The notes: a model not told the origin generated them from the letters alone. 24,000 bases of DNA from Bacillota bacterium (GCA_040755975.1 JBFLZY010000040.1:1512-25511); one strand, 5' to 3'; positions 1 through 10,056 are shown, counted from the first letter of the stretch. A program made the numbers and translations.

Positions 1-718
1 AGATAAGGAGCGCGCCGAAGCTGCGCGTCAGCTCCCGCACCCCCTCCAAAAAGCCCGGCCGCGGCGGCACCACGCCCATGTTGCCGGCCACGGGTTCGAT
101 AATGACGGCGGCGATCTCGGCTCCTTCCTGTTCAAAGAGGCGTTCGAGCGTTTCCAGGTCGTTATAGGGGGCGGTCAGCGTGTTCACGGCGACGTCGGGC
201 GGTATCCCGGGACTGGTGGGCACGCCGAAAGTAAGGGCGCCGGAGCCGGCCTTCACCAGCAGGTAATCGGCGTGGCCGTGGTAACACCCGGCAAACTTGA
301 CGATTTTAGCCCGGCCGGTCCAGGCCCGGGCCAGGCGCAGGGCGCTCATCGTCGCTTCCGTTCCCGAGTTGACCAGGCGCACCATTTCGCACGAGGGAAA
401 GGCCGCCACGATGGCCCTGGCCAGTTCGACCTCCAGCTCCGTAGGCGCGCCGAAACTGGTCCCCCGCTCCAGACACCCCGCAAGGGCGGCCATAACTTCC
501 GGATGGCGGTGGCCGAGAATCAGCGGCCCCCACGAACAAACGTAGTCAATGTAACGGTTGCCGTCCACGTCGTAAAGATACGCGCCGTCTCCCCGCGCGA
601 TGAACACGGGGTCCCGGCCGACGGCCTTAAAGGCCCGGACGGGACTGTTTACTCCCCCCGGCAGATAGCGCCGGGCTTCGGCAAACAACTCCGCTGATTT
701 GTTAAACCCGGGGGGCAA
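1..718 (-). CDS. hemL: Glutamate-1-semialdehyde 2,1-aminomutase, 5' part (runs off left edge)
   Basis: Minus strand reads [69 protein letters not shown]...[15 protein letters not shown]...[40 protein letters not shown], a hallmark GSA aminomutase sequence. The listed + ORF at 272-697 is antisense to it. The start codon is uncertain; TTG near 718 is in frame. Confidence 0.95.
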   Translation of the reverse strand, partial: MPPGFNKSAELFAEARRYLPGGVNSPVRAFKAVGRDPVFIARGDGAYLYDVDGNRYIDYVCSWGPLILGHRHPEVMAALAGCLERGTSFGAPTELEVELARAIVAAFPSCEMVRLVNSGTEATMSALRLARAWTGRAKIVKFAGCYHGHADYLLVKAGSGALTFGVPTSPGIPPDVAVNTLTAPYNDLETLERLFEQEGAEIAAVIIEPVAGNMGVVPPRPGFLEGVRELTRSFGALLI

Positions 719-853
719 GGCTCTTTACCCCCTGTTCCGCACTTTTATCCTGCCTTTCCGACAAGAGGACGCCTCCTTTTGCAAGCATGTCCCGACTGGT
801 TTCCACGAAGTGGATAGTGATCCATTCCGGATCTACGCCTGCTTCTTCTGCAA

Positions 854-1324
854 TTACTTTAAAAAATATTTCATACTGCTCTTCTTCAGTTCGGCCGTAC
901 TGAACAGGAGCTGATAGTCGCTAACGCCCGCGGCCTCCGCGATCCGGGCGGCTGCTTCGCGGCACTGCTCCTCCGTCCGGCCGTGCAAAACGACATACAA
1001 ATTATAGGGCCACCCGGGAGCACGGGCCCGCTCGTAACAATGGGTCACTTCCGGAAAAGAAGCCATTATCCGCCCTACTTCCGGCACCCGCTCGTCCGGC
1101 ACCCGCCAAACCACCATGGCGTTGGCCACGTAACCCAGATCCTGATGCCGCACGGCGGCGCCAAATCGGCGGATGACGCCGCGCTCAATAAGTTCCCGTA
1201 CCCTGGCCAGCACTTCCGCTTCGCTCATCCCCAGTTTTTGGGCAATCGCCAGAAAAGGTCGCTTGACCAGGGGCAGGCCTTCCTGAAGTTCGCGCACAAG
1301 CGCCCGATCCAGTTTATTCAACAT
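854..1324 (-). CDS. ahbB: Siroheme decarboxylase subunit, AhbB-like (Lrp/AsnC-like fold)
   Basis: HTH plus RRFGAAVRHQDLGYVANAMVVWRVP...VTHCYERARAPGWPYNLYVVLHGRTEEQC; paired with a paralogue and with ahbC/ahbD-like genes. The AhbA versus AhbB assignment is tentative. Confidence 0.85.
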   Translation of the reverse strand: MLNKLDRALVRELQEGLPLVKRPFLAIAQKLGMSEAEVLARVRELIERGVIRRFGAAVRHQDLGYVANAMVVWRVPDERVPEVGRIMASFPEVTHCYERARAPGWPYNLYVVLHGRTEEQCREAAARIAEAAGVSDYQLLFSTAELKKSSMKYFLK

Positions 1325-1332
1325 GCCGCTCC

Positions 1333-1785
1333 TTAAGCAAGGTCGAAATTAACCCGGATTTTAAAAATATTGACGGCGGGCAGGACAAGACATTCGTTTA
1401 TACCCGTGCGCTCTTTAATTTCCCGGAGAGTTTCGTTCAGCCCGGCTTCCGACCCGGCCAGGATGGTAAACCACATGTTATATTCGTGATCCCGCAGATA
1501 GTTATGGGTTACGCCCGGGTGCCTGTTCACCTCGGCGGCCACCTCCGCAACGCGCTCCGCGGGCACTTTGAAAGCGCAGAGCGTTCCCACGTAACCCACC
1601 TTCCGGGAATCAAAAATGGCCCCCAGCCGCCTGATGATTTTCGCTTCGATCAGCCGCCGCAGGCGGCCGATCACTTCTTCCTCGGCAACTCCCAATTCCT
1701 GCGCCAGTTCGCGGTAAGGTTCCGGCGCCACCGGCAAGCGCGTCTGCACCAGGTTCAACAGGCGCCTGTCCAGTTCGTCCAACAT
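1333..1785 (-). CDS. ahbA: Siroheme decarboxylase subunit, AhbA-like (Lrp/AsnC-like fold)
   Basis: MLDELDRRLLNLVQTRLPVAPEPYRELAQELG...IIRRLGAIFDSRKVGYVGTLCAFKVP...HPGVTHNYLRDHEYNMWFT; 8-nt gap to the next gene. Confidence 0.85.
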   Translation of the reverse strand: MLDELDRRLLNLVQTRLPVAPEPYRELAQELGVAEEEVIGRLRRLIEAKIIRRLGAIFDSRKVGYVGTLCAFKVPAERVAEVAAEVNRHPGVTHNYLRDHEYNMWFTILAGSEAGLNETLREIKERTGINECLVLPAVNIFKIRVNFDLA

Positions 1786-1818
1786 TAAAGATCAGCTTCT
1801 CCCCTGAAAATAGATCCT

Positions 1819-2080
1819 GGCTTGCCGTCCGTTTGCCGTCGCTCCGATACTTCGGGCCGACGAGACAGCGGCTTGGTTCGGAGCGAACCAGGCAGCGCTG
1901 CAAAATGCGCGTGATCCATTAGTCCTTTTGCTCCACTTTGACTTACCGGCATCTCCTGTTTCTTCTTTAGCATAGTGTAAACTAGCGCGTTTCGCGCTGC
2001 CGGTTCGCTGACCTCACCTGCGCCGTGTCTCGTTACCGGCCCTTCGCATATGTCGCTCCTGGCAAAGCGGACGGCAAGCC
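1819..2080. repeat. Long-inverted-repeat (MITE/REP-like) element, ~95-nt imperfect arms
   Basis: Left arm from 1819: ggcttgccgtccg-tttgcc...cgggccg-acgagaca...gcgaacc-ggcagcgc. Reverse complement of the right arm from 2080: ggcttgccgtccg-tttgcc...gggccg-acgagaca...gcgaacc-ggcagcgc. Confidence 0.75.
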
Positions 2081-3150
2081 GGCGGTTTTTGTTCTTTATG
2101 GTGGAAACGAACGCTCCCATGAGCAACTCCCTCGAAAATTGGGCTTTCGTTATCCGACTCTCCGCCTTCCGACCCCCGATAATCGCACCAGGGCTCCTCG
2201 GCCATGTAATCCCCGGTGTAAAAGTACGCACGCGCCCGGCAGCCGCCGCAGATTTTCCGGTACGCGCAGGCGCCGCAGGCGCCCTGGTAGGCGCCGGAAC
2301 GAAGCCTGTGCAACACCGGGTGATCCCGCCACAGTTCGCTAAAACGAACCTCCCGGACGTTTCCCAGCTGGATGTTCAGGTAAGCGCAGGGCTGGACGTT
2401 TCCCTGCGGGTCGATGATACAGTAGGCAACGCCGGCCAGGCAGCCGCGGGTGAACCGGGTCTTGATCCCCAGCTGCCGGGCTATGCGCATAAACTGGGGA
2501 GCGCAGGTCGGCTTCAGTTCGATGTCTACCTGCAGCTGTTTTTGCAGAATTCGGCGCAACAAGTCTTCGTACTGGGCGGAGCGCAATGATTCCTCTTCAA
2601 TATTTACCGCCCGGCCGGTGGGCACCAGGAAGAAAATGTGGTGTGCCCGGGCCCCTTTTTCCACGGCAAAGTCGGTTAAATCCTCTATCTCCCGGTAGTT
2701 CCAGTCGACCACGGTGGTATTCACCTGGAAGGGCAGGCCCGCCTCGCGGCAGACCCGCATTCCTTCCACCGCCGCCTGCCAGGCGCCGGGGGAGCCGCGC
2801 CAGTGGTCGTGGCGCCCGGGATCGACGCTGTCCAGGCTGATGCCCATGACCTGGGCGCCGGCTTCTTTCAACCGGCGGGCCGTCGCCGGGGTCAGCAGGG
2901 TGCCGTTGGTACCGAAGACGGGCCGCAAGCCTGATTTGTGCGCGTGTTCTACCAGAGTATGGATATCGGGGCGCAAAAGCGGTTCGCCGCCGCTGAAAAT
3001 CATTACTTTAAACCCCGCCCGGACAATCTCTTCAATTAAGGCCAGCCCTTCGGCGGTGGTCAGTTCTTCGCCGGCTTTGTCTTTCGCGTCGCGGTAGCAG
3101 TGCCGGCAACGCAGGTTGCATTCGTTGGTGGTGTTCCAGGAGATGATCAT
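2014..3150 (-). CDS. ahbD: Radical SAM/SPASM protein, AhbD/NirJ2-like (late heme biosynthesis)
   Basis: MIISWNTTNECNLRCRHCYRDAK (CxxxCxxC), C-terminal SPASM cysteines CGACAYRKICGGCRARAYFYTGDYMAEEPWC; cluster context. The last ~50 aa look atypical and partly lie in a repeat element. Confidence 0.85.
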   Translation of the reverse strand: MIISWNTTNECNLRCRHCYRDAKDKAGEELTTAEGLALIEEIVRAGFKVMIFSGGEPLLRPDIHTLVEHAHKSGLRPVFGTNGTLLTPATARRLKEAGAQVMGISLDSVDPGRHDHWRGSPGAWQAAVEGMRVCREAGLPFQVNTTVVDWNYREIEDLTDFAVEKGARAHHIFFLVPTGRAVNIEEESLRSAQYEDLLRRILQKQLQVDIELKPTCAPQFMRIARQLGIKTRFTRGCLAGVAYCIIDPQGNVQPCAYLNIQLGNVREVRFSELWRDHPVLHRLRSGAYQGACGACAYRKICGGCRARAYFYTGDYMAEEPWCDYRGSEGGESDNESPIFEGVAHGSVRFHHKEQKPPACRPLCQERHMRRAGNETRRR

Positions 3151-3159
3151 TAGTTACGT

Positions 3160-4146
3160 TTACCCTTCCTCACCGGAGTTTAGCCAGCGGGCGGCGTCTT
3201 TGGCGTGGTAGGTCAAGATGAGGTCGGCGCCGGCGCGCTTGATGGCCGTCAGGATTTCCAAAACAACGGCGCGCTCCTCACACCACCCTTTTTGGGCCGC
3301 CGCCTTGACCATGGCGTACTCCCCGCTGACGTTGTAGGCGGCCACCGGGCAGTCAAACCTGTCCTTAACCTGGCGGACAATGTCCAGGTAGGCCAGCGCG
3401 GGCTTGACCATCACGATGTCGGCCCCTTCTTGAATATCCAGCTGCACCTCCCGTAACGCTTCCCGGGCGTTGGGGAAGTCCATCTGGTAGGATTTGCGGT
3501 CCCCGAACTGCGGGGCCGAGCCGGCGGCTTCCCGGAACGGGCCGTAAAAGGCGGAGGCGTACTTGGCCGAATAAGCCATGATGGGCGTCTGGGCGTACCC
3601 CGCCGCGTCCAGCGCTTCCCGGATGGCCTTCACCCGGCCGTCCATCATGTCGGATGGGGCGACCATATCCGCGCCCGCCCGGGCGTGGGAAACGGCGGTG
3701 CGGGCCAGCAGTTCCAGGGTGGGGTCGTTGAGCACCCGCCCGTTTTCAACCACGCCGCAGTGCCCGTGGCTGGTGTACTCGCACAGGCAGACGTCGGTAA
3801 TCACCGCCAGTTCCGGCAGTTCCTTTTTAATGGCGCGGACTGCCTGCTGCACGATGCCTTCGTCGGCGTAGGCTTCCGAAGCGGCCTCGTCTTTTTGGGC
3901 GGGGATGCCGAAGATGAGGACCGCCATCACGCCCAGTGCCCTGGCTTCCGCCAGTTCCGCCAGCAGCGTGTCAATGGAAAAATTATCTACCCCGGGCATT
4001 GCTTCAACGGCCCGGCGTACTCCCCGGCCGTGGGTCACGAAGACGGGATAAATGAGATCGTCCACCGCCAGCCGGGTTTCCCGGACCATCCGGCGCAAAC
4101 GTTCATTGGCCCGCAGCCGGCGAAGACGTGTAACCGGGTAACCCAT
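3160..4146 (-). CDS. hemB: Delta-aminolevulinic acid dehydratase (porphobilinogen synthase)
   Basis: [12 protein letters not shown]...[25 protein letters not shown]...[14 protein letters not shown]...[10 protein letters not shown]...[17 protein letters not shown]...[11 protein letters not shown]...[13 protein letters not shown]. Confidence 0.97.
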   Translation of the reverse strand: MGYPVTRLRRLRANERLRRMVRETRLAVDDLIYPVFVTHGRGVRRAVEAMPGVDNFSIDTLLAELAEARALGVMAVLIFGIPAQKDEAASEAYADEGIVQQAVRAIKKELPELAVITDVCLCEYTSHGHCGVVENGRVLNDPTLELLARTAVSHARAGADMVAPSDMMDGRVKAIREALDAAGYAQTPIMAYSAKYASAFYGPFREAAGSAPQFGDRKSYQMDFPNAREALREVQLDIQEGADIVMVKPALAYLDIVRQVKDRFDCPVAAYNVSGEYAMVKAAAQKGWCEERAVVLEILTAIKRAGADLILTYHAKDAARWLNSGEEG

Positions 4147-4210
4147 TGTTTACCCCCTACTCTGAAAATAAATTTTCATCGTCTGATGGTGCCGCTTGCG
4201 GCATGGGGAA

Positions 4211-5437
4211 CTACCCTGAAAAATAGGCTTTCGCCCGCCGTTCGTTTGCCGTCGCTCCGATGCTTCTTGGCTTAATCTCTTCATCATGCAAATAACAGGC
4301 CGGATCGGGCGCCCAGTAATCGCCGTAAACGGCCTCGGCGCGCCCGCGGGAGTTGCCGTTGCAGATCTCCAGGAAGCGGCACCTGGCGCAGCGCCCCTTC
4401 AGCAGGCCGGGCCGGTTCCGCAATCCGGCCAGGACGGGATGGGAAACGTCCTGCCAGATTTCGCTGAATTTACGTTCTCTTATATTACCAAAAGTATGGT
4501 TAAATGTAAACTGATCCGGGTGAACATTTCCTTCCCAATCAACGGCCCCGATGGCGACGCCGCAGCGGTTGCCCCCGTTGCAGCGCAGCAGCCGGTAGGC
4601 GCTTTCAGCCCGGTCCCGGTCCTCCCGGGCTAAACGCAGGTACAGGTACGCTCCGTCGGCGTGGTTGTTCACCGTGAGCACTTCCACGTTTTTGCCGCGG
4701 CGGCAAAAATCCAGCGTCTTTTCGATAATTAAATCCATTGCCCGGCGGCGCTCCCGGTTTGTTACGTCCTGGTCGATCATGGCACTGCCGCGGCCGGCGT
4801 AGGCCAGGTGGTAGAAACAGATCCGTTCAATGCCCTCGCGGTCAGCCAGGGCAAAGATGGCGTCCAGTTCGTCCAGGTTGTGCCGGCTAATGGTAAGACG
4901 CAGCCCCACTTTTTGCCCCGCCGCCAGGCAGTTCCGGATGCCCTGCAGGGCGGCGTCGAAAGCTCCGCTGCACCCCCGGAAGGCATCGTTGTTTTCCCCG
5001 ACACCGTCTAAACTGATGCCCACGTAACTGACCCCGTGATCCTTAATTTTGCGCGCCAGCTCACGCGTAATCAACGTGCCGTTGGTGGAAACGGTCAGGC
5101 GCAGGCCCAGGGAAGCGGCGTACGCGGCCAGCTCGAAGAAATCCGGCCGGAGCAGGGGCTCCCCTCCGGAAAGCAGCAACGCCGGAACGCGCAAGGCGGC
5201 CAGATCGGCAAGCAGCTTTTTGGCTTCCCCGGTGGTCAGTTCATTGGCCGCCGCCCGGCTGCCCGCCGCCGCGTAGCAGTGCCGGCAGCGCAGGTTGCAG
5301 GCGCGCGTCATGTTCCAGGCAACCACCGGCCCCAATCCTTGCGCCGCGCCGCTGCTCTGGCGCCGCGCGGTTTCGTTGTACCGCAGGGTGTCGCCGAAGT
5401 TTTGGGAATCACAGAGCAGTTTTGTCACGCTAAGCAT
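4211..5437 (-). CDS. ahbC: Radical SAM/SPASM protein, AhbC/NirJ1-like (12,18-didecarboxysiroheme deacetylase)
   Basis: MLSVTKLLCD...VVAWNMTRACNLRCRHCYA...LLLSGGEPLLRPDF...FYHLAYAGRG...DQFTFNHTFGNI...CARCRFLEICNGNSRGRAEAVYGDYWAPDPACY. The C-terminus runs into a repeat fragment. Confidence 0.88.
   Translation of the reverse strand: MLSVTKLLCDSQNFGDTLRYNETARRQSSGAAQGLGPVVAWNMTRACNLRCRHCYAAAGSRAAANELTTGEAKKLLADLAALRVPALLLSGGEPLLRPDFFELAAYAASLGLRLTVSTNGTLITRELARKIKDHGVSYVGISLDGVGENNDAFRGCSGAFDAALQGIRNCLAAGQKVGLRLTISRHNLDELDAIFALADREGIERICFYHLAYAGRGSAMIDQDVTNRERRRAMDLIIEKTLDFCRRGKNVEVLTVNNHADGAYLYLRLAREDRDRAESAYRLLRCNGGNRCGVAIGAVDWEGNVHPDQFTFNHTFGNIRERKFSEIWQDVSHPVLAGLRNRPGLLKGRCARCRFLEICNGNSRGRAEAVYGDYWAPDPACYLHDEEIKPRSIGATANERRAKAYFSG
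4214..4265. repeat. Partial copy of the end of the 1802-1853 repeat region
   Basis: ccctgaaaaataggctttcgcccgccgttcgtttgccgtcgctccgatgcttc vs ccctgaaaatagatcctggcttgccgtccgtttgccgtcgctccgatacttc at 1802-1853. Confidence 0.75.
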
Positions 5438-6993
5438 CTTTCATCCCCGAATCTTTCCAGGATCGCCTCGACCAGCCCCTCGATGGTGTACTCTGCGGCC
5501 ACCACGGCCACCTTTAGCCCCAGTTCTTCCGCCGTTTGGGCCGTGACCGGCCCGATGCAGGCGACGCCAACGCCGGCAAGGAGCCGGGGCAAGTCTTTTT
5601 CACCCAGAAGATCTGCAAAGTAACGCACCGTAGAAGAACTGGTAAAGGTGACCACGTGAACGCGCCCCCGCTCGAGATACTCCCTGACCAGCTCCCGGCC
5701 CCGCCCGTCCATTACCGTGCGGTAAGCCGCCACTTCCTCCACGGCGGCGCCGATGGCTCCCGCCAGCGCCTCTCTTAAAAAGGGGCGGGCAATGTCCGCC
5801 CTGGGGAGCAGGATGCGCTGCCCGGGCTGAACTTTCTCCGCCAGACCGGCGACAATCGCCTCCGCCCTGTATTCCCCGGGCATAAAAGCAACCTTCAGGC
5901 CACGGGCGGCCAGCGCCCGGCGGGTCGCCGGGCCGATCGCCCCGATCCTTACGCCCTTTAAATCACGGATATCCCGGCCTATTTGAACGAGCCTTCCGAA
6001 AAAGAACTGCACGCCGTTCACGCTGGTGAAAATAAGCCAGTCGTAGTGTTCGATCCTGGCAATGGCCCCGTCCAGGGGGGCATAGTCGCCGGGCGGAGCG
6101 ATTTTGATCGTGGGAAATTCCAGTGTTTCGGCGCCCAGGGAACGCAGGGCGCCGGACAGGGCGCCGGCCTGAGCGGCCGCCCGGGTAACCAGCACGCGCT
6201 TTCCGAACAGGGGCTTATTTTCCACCCACCGGAGCTTGTCCCGCAAACCCGCCACTTCTCCCACGACGATCACCGCCGGGTTGGCAAAACCGGCCTCTTC
6301 CGCCTGCCTGGCGATACCGGCCAGTGTCCCCGTCAGAACCTGCTGCTCCGCCCAGGTGCCCCAGCGGATCAGGGCAACGGGGGTGCCGGGCGCGCGCCCG
6401 TGCGCGAGCAAACGGGAGGCAATGGCCTCCAGGTTCGCCATCCCCATTAAGAATACCAGGGTGCCCGCCCCGGTGGCTATCTTCTCCCAGACAATCCGGG
6501 AATTTTTTTTCGCCGGGTCTTCATTGCCCGTAACGATGGCAACCGTGGAGGTAAAATCACGGTGCGTCACCGGGATGCCGGCGTAGGCCGGCGCGGCGAC
6601 GGCGGAGGTAACCCCGGGCACAACCTCAAAGGGGACGCCGTTTTCCGCCAGGACCTCCGCTTCCTCCCCGCCACGCCCGAAAACAAAAGGGTCGCCCCCT
6701 TTCAGCCGGACCACCGCCGCCCCTTTTTTCGCCCTCTCAACAAGCAGGGAATTGATTTCCTCCTGGGACAGGGCATGGCCCGCAGGGCTTTTTCCCGCGT
6801 AAATAACCTCCGCCCCGGGGTGCACCAGGGAAAGCAAGGCCGGGTTCACCAGCCGGTCGTAAACGACCACGTCGGCTTTTTCAAGAACTTCCCGCCCCTT
6901 TAAGGTCAACAGGCCCGGATCGCCTGGGCCCGCTCCTACCAGGTAAACTATTCCTGCCCCCATCCATCCTGCTCCTCTGCAAACAGAATCCAA
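5425..6993 (-). CDS. cobA-hemD: Fused uroporphyrinogen-III C-methyltransferase / uroporphyrinogen-III synthase
   Basis: N-half GIVYLVGAGPGDPGLLTLKGREVLEKADVVVYDRLV...RLKGGDPFVFGRGGEEAEVL (SUMT); C-half GKRVLVTRAAAQAGALSGALRSLGAETLEFPTI...TFTSSSTVRYFADLL (HemD). Start may be an internal Met (MGAGIVYL). Confidence 0.95.
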   Translation of the reverse strand: MDSVCRGAGWMGAGIVYLVGAGPGDPGLLTLKGREVLEKADVVVYDRLVNPALLSLVHPGAEVIYAGKSPAGHALSQEEINSLLVERAKKGAAVVRLKGGDPFVFGRGGEEAEVLAENGVPFEVVPGVTSAVAAPAYAGIPVTHRDFTSTVAIVTGNEDPAKKNSRIVWEKIATGAGTLVFLMGMANLEAIASRLLAHGRAPGTPVALIRWGTWAEQQVLTGTLAGIARQAEEAGFANPAVIVVGEVAGLRDKLRWVENKPLFGKRVLVTRAAAQAGALSGALRSLGAETLEFPTIKIAPPGDYAPLDGAIARIEHYDWLIFTSVNGVQFFFGRLVQIGRDIRDLKGVRIGAIGPATRRALAARGLKVAFMPGEYRAEAIVAGLAEKVQPGQRILLPRADIARPFLREALAGAIGAAVEEVAAYRTVMDGRGRELVREYLERGRVHVVTFTSSSTVRYFADLLGEKDLPRLLAGVGVACIGPVTAQTAEELGLKVAVVAAEYTIEGLVEAILERFGDERCLA

Positions 6994-7021
6994 ATTACCA
7001 TGATCATGCAGCAGGTTAAAT

Positions 7022-7049
7022 AAGTTTAGTGCCTGGCACTTAACTTATT
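7022..7049. repeat. Small palindromic hairpin at the 3' side of hemC
   Basis: aagtttagtgcctggcacttaacttatt. Confidence 0.7.
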
Positions 7050-7983
7050 ATAATCCAAACTCCCGTCGTACCTGCTCTAAAATTGCGCCGGCGCCTTTGG
7101 CCAGCATCCGTGCAGCCAGCTCCTCCCCCAAGGCGACGGCTTCTTCCGGGGGACCGCCGACGCTCTCCCTTATATAACGCCGCCCATCAAGGGTAAGCAC
7201 TATGCCTTCCAGTTGCAGGGCCCCGTTTTCAACCTTGCCGAGGGCGCCGATGGGAACCTGGCAGCCCCCTTCCAGCTTCCTTAAAAAAGCCCGCTCGGCA
7301 GTGATGGCCGGATGTGCCGCGGGGTCGTCCAGCCCAGCAAGCAATTGCCGGATCTCCTCATCGCCTTCCCTGATTTCCACCCCGACCGAACCCTGCCCGA
7401 CGGCGGGCAGGCAGATGGAAAAAGGTATTTTCTGGGTGATCGCGCGCTCCACGCCCAGCCGGCAGACCCCGGCGTACGCCAGCACCAGCCCGTCCAGTTG
7501 CTGTCCGGCCAGCTTGCGCAGGCGGGTGGTGAGATTTCCGCGGACGTCAACTATTTGCAAATCGGGGCGAAAACGCAGCAACTGCGCCTTGCGGCGCAGG
7601 CTGGACGTGCCGAGGCGCGCCCCCGGCGGCAATTCCTGCAAAGTCAGCATCCGCCTGGAGATCAACACGTCCCCCGGATACTCCCGGCGGCAAATTGCTC
7701 CAATCGTCAATCCCGGCGGCAGGCGCGTGGGGAGGTCCTTCATGCTGTGCACCGCCAGGTCGCATTCCCCGGCCAGCAGGGCGTTTTCCAGTTCCTTGGT
7801 AAAGAGCCCCTTGTCGCCGATTTTCGCCAGGGGTACGTCCAGAATGCGGTCGCCTTTGGTCTTCATCCCGACGATCCGGAAACGGCGCCCAGGGTAACGC
7901 TGCTTCAGTTGTTCCACCACCCATTGGGCCTGCCAGAGGGCCAGCCTGCTTTGCCGGCTGCCCACCACGATCTCCTTGTGCAC
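7048..7983 (-). CDS. hemC: Hydroxymethylbilane synthase
   Basis: IVVGSRQSRLALWQAQWVVEQLK...TKGDRILDVPLAKIGDKGLFTKELENALL...AVHSMKDLPT...GTSSLRRKAQLLRFRPDLQIVDVRGNL...VGQGSVGVE. Confidence 0.97.
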   Translation of the reverse strand: MHKEIVVGSRQSRLALWQAQWVVEQLKQRYPGRRFRIVGMKTKGDRILDVPLAKIGDKGLFTKELENALLAGECDLAVHSMKDLPTRLPPGLTIGAICRREYPGDVLISRRMLTLQELPPGARLGTSSLRRKAQLLRFRPDLQIVDVRGNLTTRLRKLAGQQLDGLVLAYAGVCRLGVERAITQKIPFSICLPAVGQGSVGVEIREGDEEIRQLLAGLDDPAAHPAITAERAFLRKLEGGCQVPIGALGKVENGALQLEGIVLTLDGRRYIRESVGGPPEEAVALGEELAARMLAKGAGAILEQVRREFGL

Positions 7984-7997
7984 CGATCTTCCTCCTG

Positions 7998-8028
7998 ATA
8001 AGTTAAGTGCCTGGCACCTTAACTTATT
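7998..8028. repeat. Small palindromic hairpin between hemA and hemC
   Basis: ataagttaagtgcctggcaccttaacttatt, same core as 7022-7049. Confidence 0.7.
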
Positions 8029-9353
8029 TACTGCCCACCCGCCTTGATCTCCGGCTGTTTCTTTAGCTTTTCCCCGGTTCTCTCCCCGGATACTTCCAGG
8101 TCGAAAAGGTTTTGCAAAACTTCCGTGTAAAGGTGGCCTTCGGAGGTCAGCGCATACTCCTTGAGCCTGGTGATGGGCGTATGCAAAAGCTGGTTGACGA
8201 GGGAACTGGCCAGTGAACCGATCACCTTTTTATCGTGCGCCGAAAGTTCGCCCAGGCGGTTTATGGCCCGCCGGAGCTCATTTTGCTTGATCAGTTCGGC
8301 CCGCTCTTTCAGCGCCGCAATGGTGGGCACCACGGACTGGACACCCAGCCACTTCATAAACTGGCCCAGTTCCTCCTCGATAATCCCTTCGGCCGCCACA
8401 GCCACCTGCTTGCGCCAGGCCAGGTTTTGATCCACCACGTTTTGCAGATCGTCAATATCGTAAAGGGTGATTCCCGGCAGTTCGCCAATCCGCGGGTCGA
8501 TATCCCTGGGCACGGCGATGTCGATCAGCAGAAGCCGGGCTCCCGGCCGCCTGGCCATCGTCGCCGCCACCTGCGGGTAATGAACCACGTAGTGGGCGGC
8601 GGCGGTGCAGCTGATGACAATGTCGGCGTCCAGCATGCAATCATACAACTGGTCGAATTTGACCGCCCGCCCGCCGAACTGCCGGGCCAGGTTCACAGCC
8701 CGCTCGTACGACCGGTTGGAAACGATCACGCCGGTCACGCCGTTGGCCACCAGATAGCGGGCGGCCAGCTCGCTCATCTTCCCCGCCCCGATGATCAGCA
8801 CCGCCCGCCCCCGCAGTTCCCCCAGGGTCTGCCTGGCCAGTTCCACCGCCGCGTAGCTGATGGAAACCGCGTTCTGGTCGATGCCGGTGGCTTTGCGCAC
8901 CCGCTTGCCCGCCGCGACGGCCTGCTGGAACAGGGTGTTGAGCACCTTATTGGTCGCCCCCTGCGCAAAAGCGAGCTGGTAGGCGTCGCGCACCTGGCCC
9001 AATACCTGCGGCTCTCCCAGCAGCATGGAATCCAGCCCGGCGGATACCCGGAACAGGTGCCGGACGGCATCGTGAAGGGTGTGCACGTAGGTATAATTCT
9101 TAATTTCCGAAATGTCCACCCCAGAAAGGCGGGAAAGGTAATCCCTGACTGCGTTCAAACCTTCGTCCAGTTCCCTGGCCGCCGCGTAAACCTCCGTCCG
9201 GTTGCAGGTAAAAAGAATCACGCAGCCGTCGATGGCCGGGTAGGCGCAGAGGCCGGCCAGAGCTTCCTTCAGCGCCTGTCCGGTAAAAGAAAGGCGCTCG
9301 CGCACTTCAACCGGCGCCGTCCGGTGATTGACCCCCACAACGAGTACCAGCAT
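8028..9353 (-). CDS. hemA: Glutamyl-tRNA reductase
   Basis: [23 protein letters not shown]...[13 protein letters not shown]...[26 protein letters not shown]...[13 protein letters not shown]...[10 protein letters not shown]. Confidence 0.97.
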   Translation of the reverse strand: MLVLVVGVNHRTAPVEVRERLSFTGQALKEALAGLCAYPAIDGCVILFTCNRTEVYAAARELDEGLNAVRDYLSRLSGVDISEIKNYTYVHTLHDAVRHLFRVSAGLDSMLLGEPQVLGQVRDAYQLAFAQGATNKVLNTLFQQAVAAGKRVRKATGIDQNAVSISYAAVELARQTLGELRGRAVLIIGAGKMSELAARYLVANGVTGVIVSNRSYERAVNLARQFGGRAVKFDQLYDCMLDADIVISCTAAAHYVVHYPQVAATMARRPGARLLLIDIAVPRDIDPRIGELPGITLYDIDDLQNVVDQNLAWRKQVAVAAEGIIEEELGQFMKWLGVQSVVPTIAALKERAELIKQNELRRAINRLGELSAHDKKVIGSLASSLVNQLLHTPITRLKEYALTSEGHLYTEVLQNLFDLEVSGERTGEKLKKQPEIKAGGQ

Positions 9354-10056
9354 TATTTAAAACCCGCTCCTTTGCCTCTTTCCAGAGCCCTTTTTGCATC
9401 AACTCCAGGACCTCCCCGTCGAGCAGCCGGCCGAAAAGCGCCTGCCGGGCGCGCAAGTCCTTTATCTCCCGCATTGCCTTTTCCCGGATCCGGCCGAGCA
9501 AACCGGCAAGCTCCCCGTATTCGGGCCCGTACCTTTTGGCCAGTTCCTCGCGGATTTTCCTGGCCAGCAGGGGGCTTTTCCCCCCGGTAGAAACAGCTAT
9601 TTGAAAGGAGTCCCGCGTTACCACGGCCGGCACGTAGAAATTGCCCAGCTCCGGGTTGTCCACAACGTTTACCAGCAGATTGCGCTCGCGGCAGTCCTGT
9701 GCCAGCCGCCGGTTCGTCTCGGGGCAGCTGGTCGCCCCGATGGCCAGAAACACCCCCGCCAGGTCGGCGCAAGCGTACTCCCCCTGCCGGTAGGTAACCA
9801 GGCCCTCCGCGATTAAACGCCGCAGGCGGGGGGTAACCTCCTTGCTCACCAGTTTTACTTTCGCCCCGCTTTTCAACAAAGAAGAAACCTTGCGCTCGGC
9901 GACCGCTCCCCCGCCGACCACCAGGCAGATCTGGTTTTTCAGCTTCAGGGCAACCGGGTAACACCGGGCCGCAAGCCTTTCAGCCATAAGTCTTTTGACT
10001 TCCTCCTCAATATCTCCTTTTCGTCTCTTCGCATATCTGGGCATATCTTCATCCAT
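9307..10056 (-). CDS. Bifunctional precorrin-2 dehydrogenase / sirohydrochlorin ferrochelatase
   Basis: [46 protein letters not shown]...[58 protein letters not shown]. Overlaps the hemA start; the N-terminal start is uncertain. Confidence 0.9.
   Translation of the reverse strand: MDEDMPRYAKRRKGDIEEEVKRLMAERLAARCYPVALKLKNQICLVVGGGAVAERKVSSLLKSGAKVKLVSKEVTPRLRRLIAEGLVTYRQGEYACADLAGVFLAIGATSCPETNRRLAQDCRERNLLVNVVDNPELGNFYVPAVVTRDSFQIAVSTGGKSPLLARKIREELAKRYGPEYGELAGLLGRIREKAMREIKDLRARQALFGRLLDGEVLELMQKGLWKEAKERVLNNAGTRCGGQSPDGAG

Noticed and set aside
272-697. 141-aa + strand ORF and similar antisense ORFs through 1-11 kb (e.g. 3205-3456, 3685-4275, 5036-5623, 6324-6533, 7202-7897, 7312-7998, 8235-9590, 9394-9816)
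   Set aside because: They lie antisense to clearly identified heme genes, are low-complexity/GC-biased and have no recognisable domain. Best explained as GC-rich shadow ORFs.
1785-2231. 148-aa minus ORF overlapping the ahbA start and the ahbD 3' end
   Set aside because: It reads through the inverted-repeat element and the wrong frame of ahbD, with no family signature.
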